DNA of 64,000 nt from Bugula neritina. Taxonomy: Eukaryota > Animalia > Bryozoa. Below, in pieces: positions 24,001 through 49,300 of the stretch (the stretch's first letter is position 1; every line of letters begins with the position of its first letter). A program made the position numbers and the translations under genes. Where the stretch lies: NCBI GenBank assembly GCA_964035545.1, contig OZ037767.1:7332707-7396706 (forward strand). Direction: 5' to 3'. The notes beneath the pieces were generated by a model. The model was not told the origin of the DNA and made no database searches. It saw nothing but the letters and a program-made list of their open reading frames with translations.

Positions 24001-26405
24001 TTCTATCGATAATCCTAAACTCATGAGTTTTATATGGCTTTACCTTAGAATAGATAAAGATTTATGAGTTCTTGAAGTCATTATACTATATGAAAATAAA
24101 TAGGATCGTTAGTTTAGCTTGTAGAGTTTGTGGAGACTGTTTGTGATTGTCTGTTTTGCTGCCACTTGTCTGTTCGTGCTGTGTTAGACACATTTGCTGT
24201 ACAGCTGTAAGAAGCATCTAATTGGTCTCTGCAACTATGAAACTTATACTGCAATACACGATTTTATGTCCTCAGGTGTTGGGGTTTGCAGTCAGTGATT
24301 GTCTTTCTAATGCTGATATGTTAGAGAAAGGCAACAGAGGGAAGTTACCAGCTGAGGTGTTGGCAATACTAAATAGCACATCAGAGTGTGTGTATGCTGC
24401 ACTCTCCAAGGGTTAGTCCAGCTTTACTTTAACATTGCTATTGAGATCAATTCAGTTGGTATTCATACAAATAGAAAAATACTAAATGTATAGAACATAT
24501 ATGCCTAATGATTTGGTAATAGCTGCTTTCTGAAAATTTGCTGGTTGTTTCTAACAGAATATTGCACTGAATTTATATTAAACATGTACAGTTACACAAA
24601 TGCAGCACACAGCACACATATATGGTCATAGAAATCGGTTGCTAAAATGTAATAAATATCACGCCTAGCAACTATAACCTTATACCTTTTTCGCAGCTGT
24701 AATTCTAACAGTTTCAACTGCTTTAAGTAATGCTTTGTTAATTCTATGACAGGAAGTGATGTAACAGATCTGAACTTGACGAAAAGTCAAATGATGTACT
24801 TAACTGAACACCATCATCTGTTAGCCAGCCACAGGTCTAAAATACTTGGCAACATAAAGCACAGAGAGTATGTCCATTTTATATAAGCATTATTTCATAA
24901 CAAATGTTGGTTAGTATGAGTAGAAGATTTATGTTTATCTTATATAATTGTTATACTCTATACTCTATATCCATATTTATCTTATATAACTTCCATACTC
25001 TATATCTATATTTATCTTATATAACTTTCATACTCTATATCTATATTTATTTCATATAACTTCCATACTCTATATCTATCTTATATAACTTCCATACTCT
25101 ATATCTATCTTATATAACTTCCATACTCTATATTTATCTCATATAACTTCCATACTCTATACTCTATATTCATCTTATATAACTTCTATACTCTTAGGTC
25201 AATGTGGCCAGATCTTGATGTTGATGGAGGTACAGCTGACACATTTACAGACTTTTCTACTACTAATATTGTTAGTGAAATATTAGAGACATCTCATGGT
25301 ATGTAATTATGTTATAAATTGTAATACATTAATCCTCACCTATCTCTGCTCTGTCCTATTCGGGTAGCAGGTCATAATACATTAATATTATATTGAGACA
25401 TCTCTACATCTGCTATAATAATTATGATTTGCTGTTAATATGTTTTTGTATTATATACTTCAATAATATTATATTTTATTTGAACACATGCTACCAACAG
25501 TAGTGTTGAATGATTTTGCTGGGACATTTAGGTGAGCAGTATTTGAGAAAGATCTACCATCTGTTAGCTAACAACGCAAAGTGGCTCTTTTCATCTTTTG
25601 ACATTCACGAGTCATTGTCGTCTGCAAACCCAACCGACATAGTCCACTCCTTTGTGCCAGATGTTACTGATCACTCAGATAAAAGGCTGGAAAAAGAGTA
25701 TAACCCTCTTACGCTGTACAATAAAATTGGTGATGTGACAATTGATTTTGTAAGTAAAAAATTTATATACATATATCAATGTAATAGTGCATCCACTCAC
25801 GATCTTGTCCATATTTTTGACACAACTATAGTTTATCAGACCCCTCTCCATAATTCTTGGTTTAGTTGTCAATGTCCTTTAATTTATCTGCTATTTTCAA
25901 AAGGGTCGCTTCATTTTCACAAGTGGTCAATTTATTCGTTGGACCTTGATAGTTTGCTGTCAAATTGGACTCTCAGTCTTTACAAGGCACAAAAACTATG
26001 CTTGTTAGATAGCTGTTTTCAAGTTGACCTAGTAAAACTCTGACAGCTGGTATATAACAAACCACTATTTAGTAACAAGAAAAAGTTGGAACTTGTACAA
26101 GATGTCTAGTGAGTTTCTGGTAGGCTTTACTCTGTGAGTGGCTGGATTGCGTGTTGGACAAATGCAGTTCTAAATATTTTGCTTTCTGTTATTATTAAAA
26201 TATTTCAACTTTGAAATTTCAGGAATATTTAAAGAAAAAGACTGAGAGTTTGTCCAATCTTCTTCAGAGTGACCTTGGTCTAACAGATCTTTCGATATCT
26301 ACGATGTTGCAGCACCGCCATGATTTCCAAGATGTTGATCATTTAGAACCCAACGAGAAAAAACATGTAGAATGTTTGAAAAGCAAATTTTTGATTAGCA
26401 ATTGA
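12035..26405 (+). CDS. KIAA0825: KIAA0825-like uncharacterised protein, multi-exon
   Basis: Spliced exons give IEDKIEINTQRIQECL..., LWEEIRRALEDYVV, YFDKLTDEL, and LHDADSFNWSENKEFFE-SERCSLPVQAW...PSYRRTEQYRLDITVIL...IHSCCCKLLATLTIVGSPLADLYK. This matches my recollection of vertebrate KIAA0825 ([28 protein letters not shown]...LRLDVTTIL...SPLTELYK). ATG 12035, TGA 26403-26405. Confidence 0.85.
13576..14344. mobile_element. Non-autonomous Kolobok-like DNA transposon, copy 1 (TIR AGGATTGCTCTATCTT, TTAA TSD)
   Basis: TTAA|AGGATTGCTCTATCTT...AAGATAGAGCAATCCT|TTAA; near-identical second copy at 59218-60332. TTAA TSD with purine-purine termini fits Kolobok rather than piggyBac. Confidence 0.85.
15644..15974 (+). 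mobile_element. Possible solo LTR
   Basis: GC-richer intronic block with TGT...ACA ends and internal AATAAA; flanks CTAT/ATAT give only an imperfect TSD. Confidence 0.35.
17544..17655. repeat. 25-bp minisatellite (CTGCTGATTACACCTTAATAATGTT) just upstream of an acceptor
   Basis: About 4.5 copies ending roughly 20 nt before the AG at 17676-17677. Confidence 0.9.
20112..20340 (+). repeat. 44-bp minisatellite made of a repeated 3' splice acceptor plus exon start
   Basis: TGTTGYAG|GCTRGACATCAMTGTCATATTATATACA x5, with AG ends at 20131, 20175, 20219, 20263 and 20307. Confidence 0.95.
23590..23765. repeat. CTACTACCTACTGA-type minisatellite ending at an acceptor
   Basis: Tandem units run into ...CCTACTGTAG|G at about 23766. 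Confidence 0.85.
24930..25197. repeat. ~27-33-bp minisatellite (TATCTTATATAACTTCCATACTCTATA) ending at an acceptor
   Basis: About 8 copies; the last forms ...CTATACTCTTAG|G. Confidence 0.9.
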
Positions 26406-27219
26406 TATATTGAATCCCTAATATTATTTTTGTAGCATAGAGATATTGCAGAACACCAATGGCGATAGTGCCCTATTTAATTACTCAATGATATGAGAAC
26501 AGTATTGTTCTGGGAAGTTTGTTGTGATAAACTTTTATCAAATGACGTAATACTGTGACAAGAAAATATCCCATCTTTACTTTACACTAAATTTTAGGCA
26601 TTTTTAATTTAGTATTGAATGGGTAAAACCTATTTTTAGCAACAGTTTCTAGTTGATGTTATTTTTCAATAAATTCTAGTCTGTTAACAAATATTACGTT
26701 AATAATCACATATACTTTGGCTGTCTTGTTCACTGTGCAAGTAGTCTTTATGTTAAACGGAGAAATTAGAATGTTGCAGTTCTTTTAACTAGGCACATTC
26801 AAATTCATGCACATTTTTGAATGTGACTGAATTGTTACAAAACTTGTCGATTTAAATTTAACGTTATCATTTCTACTTCAAATTGCTTCACTATCTTGTA
26901 AACATGGTACACAGCAATAATAATGCACTGTCTAAAACATATTTGTTGTATTTTAGTGCACTGAGAACTTTATAAATAAAAACATGTTTAAATAAACTAA
27001 CAATGCAAAAATAATAATTATAGTTTGTGTTAATGCCTGCCCAGCATGTACAAGCAGATTCTCCAGATGAAAACTGTACCAGTAATAAATACAGAATATC
27101 CTGAAATGTGTGTCATCTAAAAATAGCGAGATAGTTAATCAGCAGTTAGACAAGATCTACACTAGAGATGCCTGATACACAGAGTTTTTGGCAAAATGGG
27201 GCAAGTAATGAAACTATAT

Positions 27220-27387
27220 GACATCATCTAACAGGTGATAATGCTGTATATATGACATCTTCTAGCAGGTGGTAATCTGTATATATTACATCTCCTAACA
27301 AGTGGTAAACAGTACTTGACATCTCCTAGCAGGTGGTGAACAGTACTTGACATCTCCTAGCAGGTGGTAAACAGTACTTGACATCAC
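27220..27387. repeat. 31-bp tandem repeat in SEL1L 3' UTR (GACATCTCCTAGCAGGTGGTAAACAGTACTT)
   Basis: About 5 copies starting roughly 40 nt past the SEL1L stop. Confidence 0.85.
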
Positions 27388-27424
27388 TGAGTAAGTTGTG
27401 TGAGAGAATATGACGTTGTGAAGA

Positions 27425-35635
<8,211 letters not shown>

Positions 35636-37620
35636 GGCCACATTTAGGCTACCTGCATAAATAGATTGAGCAATTTCAAATGCAAATTTCATAAGTTCCC
35701 ACTACATCAGATGTCCTTTGTCACTGTGGAAAGGGTTTGTTAGAGTAAAAGATATGAACTGCTATAGACATTTTTTAAATCAGATTTTATGCTAGTGATT
35801 TTAATCTTTTTCGTCTAAAGAAAAATTAACTTACAGCTCTGTGAGCATAATTATAAACTTGATGGTTTATTACATTCATTTTCAACTTCATATAAATAAA
35901 ACAAAAATGTAAAACAAAACTAGTAGTAATATTTCCACACTACTAGAACTAGAAATAGATGCATTACTAGTATTGTACTACTACAAGTGTAGTACTGTCT
36001 ACGACTACTACTTGAGTACTAGTAGCAGTTCTAGTTTTTCTTTTAAAAGAGTAATATATAATCTATATTATGATTATTATAACGCAAAATATAAAAAACA
36101 ATTTCGTGCTATACCCAACTAGGCAAACAGATTTTTACTTTTACAAACAAATTAAAACTAACTTTCATGTAACACAAACAAGATGAAGATTTTCACTACA
36201 TCAAACTGAAACCTAAATCGATGATGATTTTAGCAACCGGAATGACACGTCTGAAGAATTAACTTTGGTGGACTCGGTGTTGACGTATATTAAATTCGCG
36301 CAATAAGCTATACAAGAAAAGGTAACTCTATGCTGCGCAGCGGTCGGTATATGTACATGTATAATAATTATATTATGTAGTAACTGCTGATGTGAAAATT
36401 CTAATTTTATTTCCTTATAAATTTATAATATGCATTAGTATCTAAATACTCTTTGCCAGTTTTATTTGTCCTAAAGAGGTTGAGAGTTGAAAAATTTATA
36501 AAACAAGGAAGGTGTAGATATTTTGTTACAATGACATAAATGTTGTTTTGTCTCATCACTGAAATAATTATGTAATTCGAAACCTGGTAAAATAATAAAC
36601 TTATACACTCGCACAAAGCGTTTATTAGTAATACTTATCCAAAAATGTTTGAAGTTTAGAGATTTGCAACAAATTAGCTGACAATGCATAAGTTCTAACC
36701 ACTACAACCTATTATCATATTACATCATACATACATATAAGACAGACAAAGTTATAGATGTAAGGAAGAAAAATAAGAAATTCTTGGTTACTAAGCTGAT
36801 TTCTAGATGATTACCAAACTAGAGTAACCAACAATTAAATTTGTTAATACATTTTTGCAAATACTACATGTGTAAATAACATGCTTTTGGTAATTTAATT
36901 TATATAGCCTATTCAAGTATGTATTTACTTATATAATATTGGTAATTAAAATACTTGAAGAAATAGATATTGTAGAGTTAGCTTGTATTTATTTAGAGAC
37001 ATTTCTTTAGAGCCATAGCCCTTAAATTACTATAACCTAAAACTTAAACAAAATAATATTTTTCTTACTTAAATGCTCGTAATATCTGTCAAACAAAAAG
37101 AGTCACATCATTGCCATCGTTATGCAGAGACAAATAAAATGCAAGTTATCCTTCCTTACTAAGATAGCTAAACTATACTTGCAATGCAATCCATTCTTTC
37201 ATGCTGTCAAATTCATAAAATTTTAGTCTAAATAATCTTGTAAGCATTTAAACACATTTACTTAGCAGAAATTATGCGTTTTATTGGTTTCATGGAAAAA
37301 AAGCAAAAACTCGTGTTTATACAATAAAAAAGTCATTGTTCGATTTATAAAAGCATTATAATGAATACATGCATACACTCAGTGGGTACACAAAAGAAAA
37401 CTTCGAAATATAAAAAGCTTATAAAAAAGGGTAAATTATTAACAAAATATATATAAAAGCTTACTTTTAGTTTTTGCAATATAACTATGGATTGTATCAA
37501 AGTAAGAAAAGAGTCAAATTTCAGCATAAGTTTTTACTGGTTCAGTTTTATCACAGCTAGTAGATGTTTTGTGTTGGGATATCGTCTACATGTTGAGCCG
37601 TTACTTTTGTCATCAAACAG

Positions 37621-42154
<4,534 letters not shown>

Positions 42155-43313
42155 GGCTGCTAGCTTGTTCGCTGATGTTCAATGCAGGTATGAAATTTAC
42201 CTGATGGCAAAAACTGCTGCTAGAGCGCTGAAAAATCAATAATCCCGTATTGTTATGTAAGAGGCGGTACCTAGAATAAACTGGCACCTTTGTGTGTGCA
42301 GTACAATAAACTTGAGGTATTCAGCCAATCAGAGCCTGTTTATGAAATGGGGTCTTTTCAAGCATCACAGTGAAATAATAACTCGTATATTATTATAGGT
42401 TATTAAACAATATTAAATTTTTGGCACATTGCCATGAGTTTCAGCGTTGACTCGAGCAAGCACATAATCTCATAGAAATGACCAAAATAATTCAGTTGCA
42501 AGTGTGTCAACCTAGAGATCAAATATTTAAGACTCAACTATTGAAAGCTTTGCAAGTGGTTTGCTTCATAAAACTGAAAGTTCAATTCACCATCAGAGCA
42601 CTTAGCTGTTCAACTTTGTGGAGAGTAGAAATACAAGATGCATGGAATAAATCAATAAGAAGCTATAATATACATAGTTGGTCCTTCAACACAAATTGCT
42701 CTTACTGGTGCATTCCCAAGCTTCATATTATTCAATAGCCTTTTTCATTTGGAAACAGTTTCATTGAATGAAACCACAACCAAAAGTTGATGCAAGCAGC
42801 CACAAATTTATCTATTCCAAGAAGTAATGGGAACGCAGTGATTGGTGCAGCTGATTTAATTCAAAAAGTTGCAAAGTTACAAGTAGCCTATATGTTTTCC
42901 CTAATAAACTCAAGTACATGTCCGCCGTATATACATTTATTATACATTTTATATAACTCCCATCCTTGACAGCAAAAATTACACGAAAATGAAATGAAAT
43001 ACAAAGCAACTATTTTCTGAGTTTATAAAATTACACATTTTAAATGATACTGTACAAGTGAAATTAGTAAAATCTTTACGAATACTCTTATCGGGAAACA
43101 TATATTTTTAGTATAAAGCTATGAAGCCAATATGAATAGCTCCTTCTTAAAGTTAGCCATTTTCACCTATGAAGACTGAATTCTTTTTTTTATATTAAAC
43201 TCAATCGATAATTGTATTTACAATAGTTGAATTCAGTGACTTTTATACCATAGCAATAAGCAATTATTGTAAACTAAGTTCCAGCAGTATTCAAGTGTTT
43301 GCAAAAAAGGCGT

Positions 43314-46300
43314 TCAAATAGTGTCCATGCCACTAGCTTGTAGAATAGTGTTACTATAGACTAGATTCCAGTAGTGCTCTACACTATGCCTCCTGAACTG
43401 CTCTCTCGCAAATGCCTCTGTAGGGCAAGATTTAAATCTAACATCCGAGAACGCCCTCTGTGTGACCTCACCCTGAAATATACCAGCGATATAGTTTAAC
43501 AATTGCTAGGGTACTAGTCTACTAGCTAGATGTAACATTGCTAGGTTACAAGTCTACTAGCTAAATGCAACATTGCTAGGGTACATGTCTACTAGCTAGA
43601 TGTAACATTGCTAGGGTACATGTCTACTAGCTAGATGTAACATTTTTAGTGTACAAGTCAACTAGCTAGATGCAACATTGCTAGGGTACTAGTCCACTAG
43701 CTAGATGCAACATTGCTAGGTTACAAGTCTACTAGCTAAATGCAACATTGCTAGGGTATATATCTACTAGCTAGATGCAACATTGCTAGGGTACATGTCT
43801 ACTAGCTAGATGTAACATTGCTAGGGTACAAGTCTACTAGCTAGATGTAACATTGCTAGGGTACATGTCTACTAGCTAGATGTAACATTGCTAGGGTACA
43901 AGTCTACTAGCTAGATGTAACATTGCTAGGGTACATGTCTACTAGCTAAGATAGATTAAGGTTGAGTAATAAGAATATATTTTCTAAGCAGCTCAATGAA
44001 ATGAAGACATTTATTGAGGGCAGAGAGAGAGTTTAAGGCCTAATGAAAAGAAGGTATGTTACACAATATTCTATCCTCTAAGCTACATAGCACTGAGTAC
44101 AAATGCACACAATCTTGAATCATTGTCATACTTGTATATATTATAAAATTTTTTGTTTTGGTAAAAGCTTAGCTAGTAAAACATATGGAAACTAAACAAA
44201 TACACGTCAGTAATATAGTATATATAATATATGAGTCATTTTACTTAATTTAGTACACATTCCAAATCTCTAGTTTTTAGCTATTTCTCACAACTTAGCT
44301 GCTAATGTATTTAGGTTTATGCCCACAACTAATAAAATATCAATAAATACAGTTATTTTCAAGTTTGCTTGGTTTCCTATGGTAATTCCTACTTTTTTAG
44401 CTAATTTTGATTTGCGGACCGTAACTAAATAATTAGGAAAAACATAGGAAATCAAGCAAAATTAAAAAGAGCCTTGGTTATTTAGTTGTATTTTTTAATT
44501 TTCTTTCATTAGTTTAGGGCAAAATGCCATATACTTTAGCAGCTAAAAATAGCTAAAAATTGAAATTATATTTAAATTTCACATAAGTTTCTGAACTTGA
44601 AATACAAAATTTGGACAAACAAGCAACATACTGCAAAGCAAACTAACAGTTAATCTACATACATTAGCATATTCCATGTGAGATTCATACACCTTATAGT
44701 GTGCACAGCTAGTAATAAACCCAACAACATTGCAGCCCTAAATGTAAGTAAGTAAAAACGGTGTAAATAATAACAGTATAAGCGGTTACAGTGTAAGTAG
44801 TTACAGTGTAAGTAATAACAGAGTAAGTAATAACAGTGTAATAACAGTGTAAGTAATAACAGGGTAAGTAATACCAGAGTAAGTAATAACAGTGTAAGCA
44901 ATAACAGTGTAAGTAGTAACAGGGTAAGTAACAACAGAAGCAGTAGAATATTGGTTTAGGAAAACTTCCTGTAAGTTATGATATGCAGAACTGTCATATG
45001 AAATGTAATACAACATATATTCTTTTTGTGTTGATATAATTCCATCATACAAAACAGAATGCATGATCGTTGTCAGAGTAAATTTCGCAACATTCACACT
45101 CTATAGAAATGTAATCTAATATTATACAATTCTATTGACGATTATAATCCCTTAGCAGATAGTATTATCTTTCCATGAATAGTCAAACCAAAATAGAGTC
45201 TGCGGTGAGTCAGTGCAGTTATGCACAACTGTAACAGTTTGAAAAAGTACCCCTTCTAGCACTGGCTTATGATTTTCGAAGCCGGGATAGTCAACCCACA
45301 TCCTGAACCAAGTCACAAACTTCACAAAAGAAATAAAGCAATACTAAACAATTTAGGTGCAGAAGTGAAAATATAAACTAAAACTATGTCTATAAATGTG
45401 TAGCAAGGGAGGCAGATGCGGTTAGTAAACACGAGGTCAGTGGTTCAAGTCCAAACACTGGCATTGATGTTAGGAAGAGCATCCAGTCATAATTGCTCTA
45501 GTGCCACATTAAAAAAGTCCTTAGCCTGCTTTAAAAAACCTTACCACCATAGCTTCTCACAGGGAGAGTGACTATAGGTGAGAAATTGCCTTTTGGAGAA
45601 ACAAGCAACAAGATAATATCAAAACAAAGATATATAAAAATGCACATGACCTTTGAACCTAAGAAAAAATACAGCAAGTAGATTATATAACCTCACCTCC
45701 CAGACCAGCTGACAGTATTTGTTAATCTTGCTGGTTCCAGAATCGTCTTCATCTGACTCATCTAAAAAAATGTTACACACAGTTATAGCAGTGAGTCATG
45801 CATACAGCTCACGTTGTACAGCTGGTAACGCTACGTCTGCACGCGTATCATGGAGCAAATAACTCCAAGTTGCAACTATGCAACACCCGATGAGAAGGTA
45901 GAGACGCGTGCTGACATTCCAATTTTCCAAACTTTAAAACCCAAAAGAACTCAGGTTAAGTCTTGAAAAGAAAATTTATTTCGCATGAGAAGACAACTTC
46001 TCCAGTTCAATTTTACTGATGGAAATTTCTAGAGCATTTTCACGCAACATTCATACTAAACATAATATTTTGTTAACTGTCGAAGATTGGTACTAAAATC
46101 AGGACTAAATTTAATAACTTTCTACTTACCATCATCATCTTCCACATTCTTGTTCCTTTTACTACTTTCTCCCCATTTTATTCTGTGCAACATCAGCCTT
46201 TTGAACTTCTTTTGCTGCTTAGGACCTACAGGTAAGAGTGATATGTACTACAGGTAACCTAGTTCATAGCACAGGTAACCTAGTTGATAAAACAGGTAAA

Positions 46301-49300
46301 CTAGTTATGCGATGATGTTACTTCAGCTCACCTCCTTCTACAACCACACAGTTGCAGTCTTTAAATGCCACTATTAATCCTGTCAAGTACAACTGTTTAG
46401 CGTTGGTCTCTATTTTAAACTTCTTGGCTGGGTCACGTAAGTCTGCCACCCTATCCACAAAAATCACTTAAGTTGAGAAATTGACTTTTTTTTAATATCC
46501 ATCACACATATTATAATATATGCATTGGACAACTGCAGGCTTCATATTTTAAATATTATTATAATAATATATATTATATTATATATCAGATTATCTCAGT
46601 TGAGAACTTTCATTAAAAATCACTCCATGCTGATAGAAATTGAAAAACAAGGACTTATAAATTAAACTAGTTGGTATAGAATAGTTGTAAATAATGTTGA
46701 GATATGATGATTAAAACAGATAAACCCATTCACACAGAATAAGCATATTTACACTAGATAGGCATATCCACACCGCCTTGAAAAATAAGGACTTATAAAT
46801 TAAACTAGTTGGTATAGAAAAGTTGTGAATGATTTTGAGATATAATAATTAAAACAGATGAGCATATTCACACAGAATAAGCATATCTATACCGAATAAG
46901 CATATCCACACCACCTTGCTACGAGGTAATTAATATCATACTCGTGTATATAAAGGAAACCAACCCGTAGACAGCAACTTTTACTCCATTAGACGTGTCT
47001 TCCTGGAGCTTCTTCACTTTCTTCTCCTTCCGCTGCTCCGGCGTCAACTTCCTGGCAGCATTTGTTTCTTCGTGAGCTCTTCAAACACACAGCCACAGTT
47101 TGTATATCAACAAGCATATTCATGCAGTTTAGTAAAACTTACCAACACTGCAGGTATATTTCTTTACAAAGAAATGGAATTTTATGAGCAGCTCTTCTTA
47201 GGTGTACAGATGTCTGCATATAGTTTGTCTCCAGTAAGAATATACAATACAGTTGGTCTACTGAGAGGGTAATGTAACAAAATGGGGGAGATGCGGGAGG
47301 CAGGGGAGATAATAACCAGTGGCACAATTAGCACTCATCTTTATCTTACATCCTACACTATAAACTATAACACCAGCACTGACTTTCTTGCCAGTTCCCT
47401 TTACATTTTACCTGCTTGAAGCTACCGAACCAACAACTACTCTAAACTCACCAATTAAATTCGATTACTTTTTAATTGACTTCAGCAAGAAACTATTTTG
47501 TAATAAAAATCCTTAAGCTATGATTATGATGGCAGCTGATTGAAAGAGATGAGACATACTTTTGTCTCTTGGCCATCTGAGCTCTGACGTGAGCCTCCAC
47601 CTTTGTGGGATCTTGAACGGCATCTGTACCCAGCACCCTCATCAGGTTGGCCATCTTTACCTGGAAACATCAACACAATACCATGTATAAATATATTAAA
47701 AAATTGAGAAGAAGAGAGAATAACTCTTAATACTCCAATAATATGGCTGTTCAACAATATTCAGCGTATGTATAAACCAGCACATACTAACTATATTGAA
47801 AATTACATGTGCAAAGAGAGAATAACTCCTAATACTATATTAACAACATATATATAAGAGTCACCCTACCTTGGGTTCAGGGGGAGCAATCAAACCGAGT
47901 CGGATTTTTTCTGTTTGCTCCTTTTGGGCCTCGGCTCTATTTTGACGTCTAATTTTTTTTCTCTCCTCTTTAGTCAACATAATAGGAATTTCTACAGGTT
48001 TATCTGAGTCAGCTAAATAACAAACAAATAATAAACATTTATATTCTATATTATGTGTTATTGTAGAAATACTGTGAAACTTAGATAACTCAAACCAATT
48101 ACTGATAGTTTAAAACTTCTTCACCCCAAAATTTATGTTATGCATTCATTAAGAAAATATGCGAAAAATACCAAATTCACCCCTAGATGTATTTGATATT
48201 TGTTACTTAAAAAATTGCCAAAGAAATACACTAATTTAATTAACCATATATTACAATTAGGATATTGATTTAATAAAAAAAGGTAACTTCAAATGTAGTA
48301 TGACAGATTATTTGCAATACATAATTATAAACAAGAATCACAAATGCCGAGTCCCAAATCCAACACAGCATAACACAAAGCCCTACATACTACCAACCTG
48401 GAGGTTTTAGCTGTATGGGATGCTCCACCAGGTTGTTAATAGACTCGTACTTTAAAAGTAACTTCTCTGGAGAGCTCTCGTCTATTGACAGGAAGTCTTC
48501 ATATCTACATTTGAGTGAAAAAAAACTTGACTCGTTAGAACACTGATATGTGTCCTAACTCAAAACGCATATTCATGTAGAGTAGTTTTCACTAGTACAC
48601 AACTCCAAAACAACTTTGTGACATGAAGGTATCATTAGACCTAGTAAAATATCACAAGACCTAAATGCAGGAATTATTATATAAATTACACAACATATAT
48701 GGCTGTTTGGTGCAATCACATACGATATCACGTACACGGATAACATAACTCCTAAGCAAACAGCAGAATGTTAGACAGCAGAAAGTTTACTTACTTATCA
48801 ATGCTCATGACAAAAGAGTCCCACCACTCTACTTCAGGCACCTCTCCCTCCTTCAACTCTCTCTTTGGTAATATGGAAGCTAGTTTTGCTGCCGACGCAA
48901 TGCCAGTTTTCTTCGCTGCCAGACTGATTTCACTCTGCAGCCTTTCAAGTTGAGCCTATAGAAACCATATACTAGTATATATGGCTATGTCCACTTAATT
49001 TAGTACAAATCCGTAATGCCAAACATAAAATTTTTAAGCTGTCTAATTTCAGTATTTTTTAGCTGTGAAAGATTGTAATTACACTTATTTTGTGTAAAAT
49101 CCTCTAAATAATCTAAAAAAACAAACATTGATAATATGCGTTCAACATTAGACTAAGAAATTGAAGTTTACTGTGGTATTTTGTACTAAATATCTTAGTG
49201 ACATTTTTGAAGTTTCAGAGGTTTTGTACATTTAACAGGACATAATTTTTATCAAGTTCATTAAAACTTCACATTATTCATTTCATTTTGTAGAATATAT

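Noticed and set aside
43503-43950. Regular 30-44-bp repeats as CRISPR arrays (also 1530, 20112, 30010)
   Set aside because: Head-to-tail repeats without unique spacers, in eukaryotic introns, with no cas genes.
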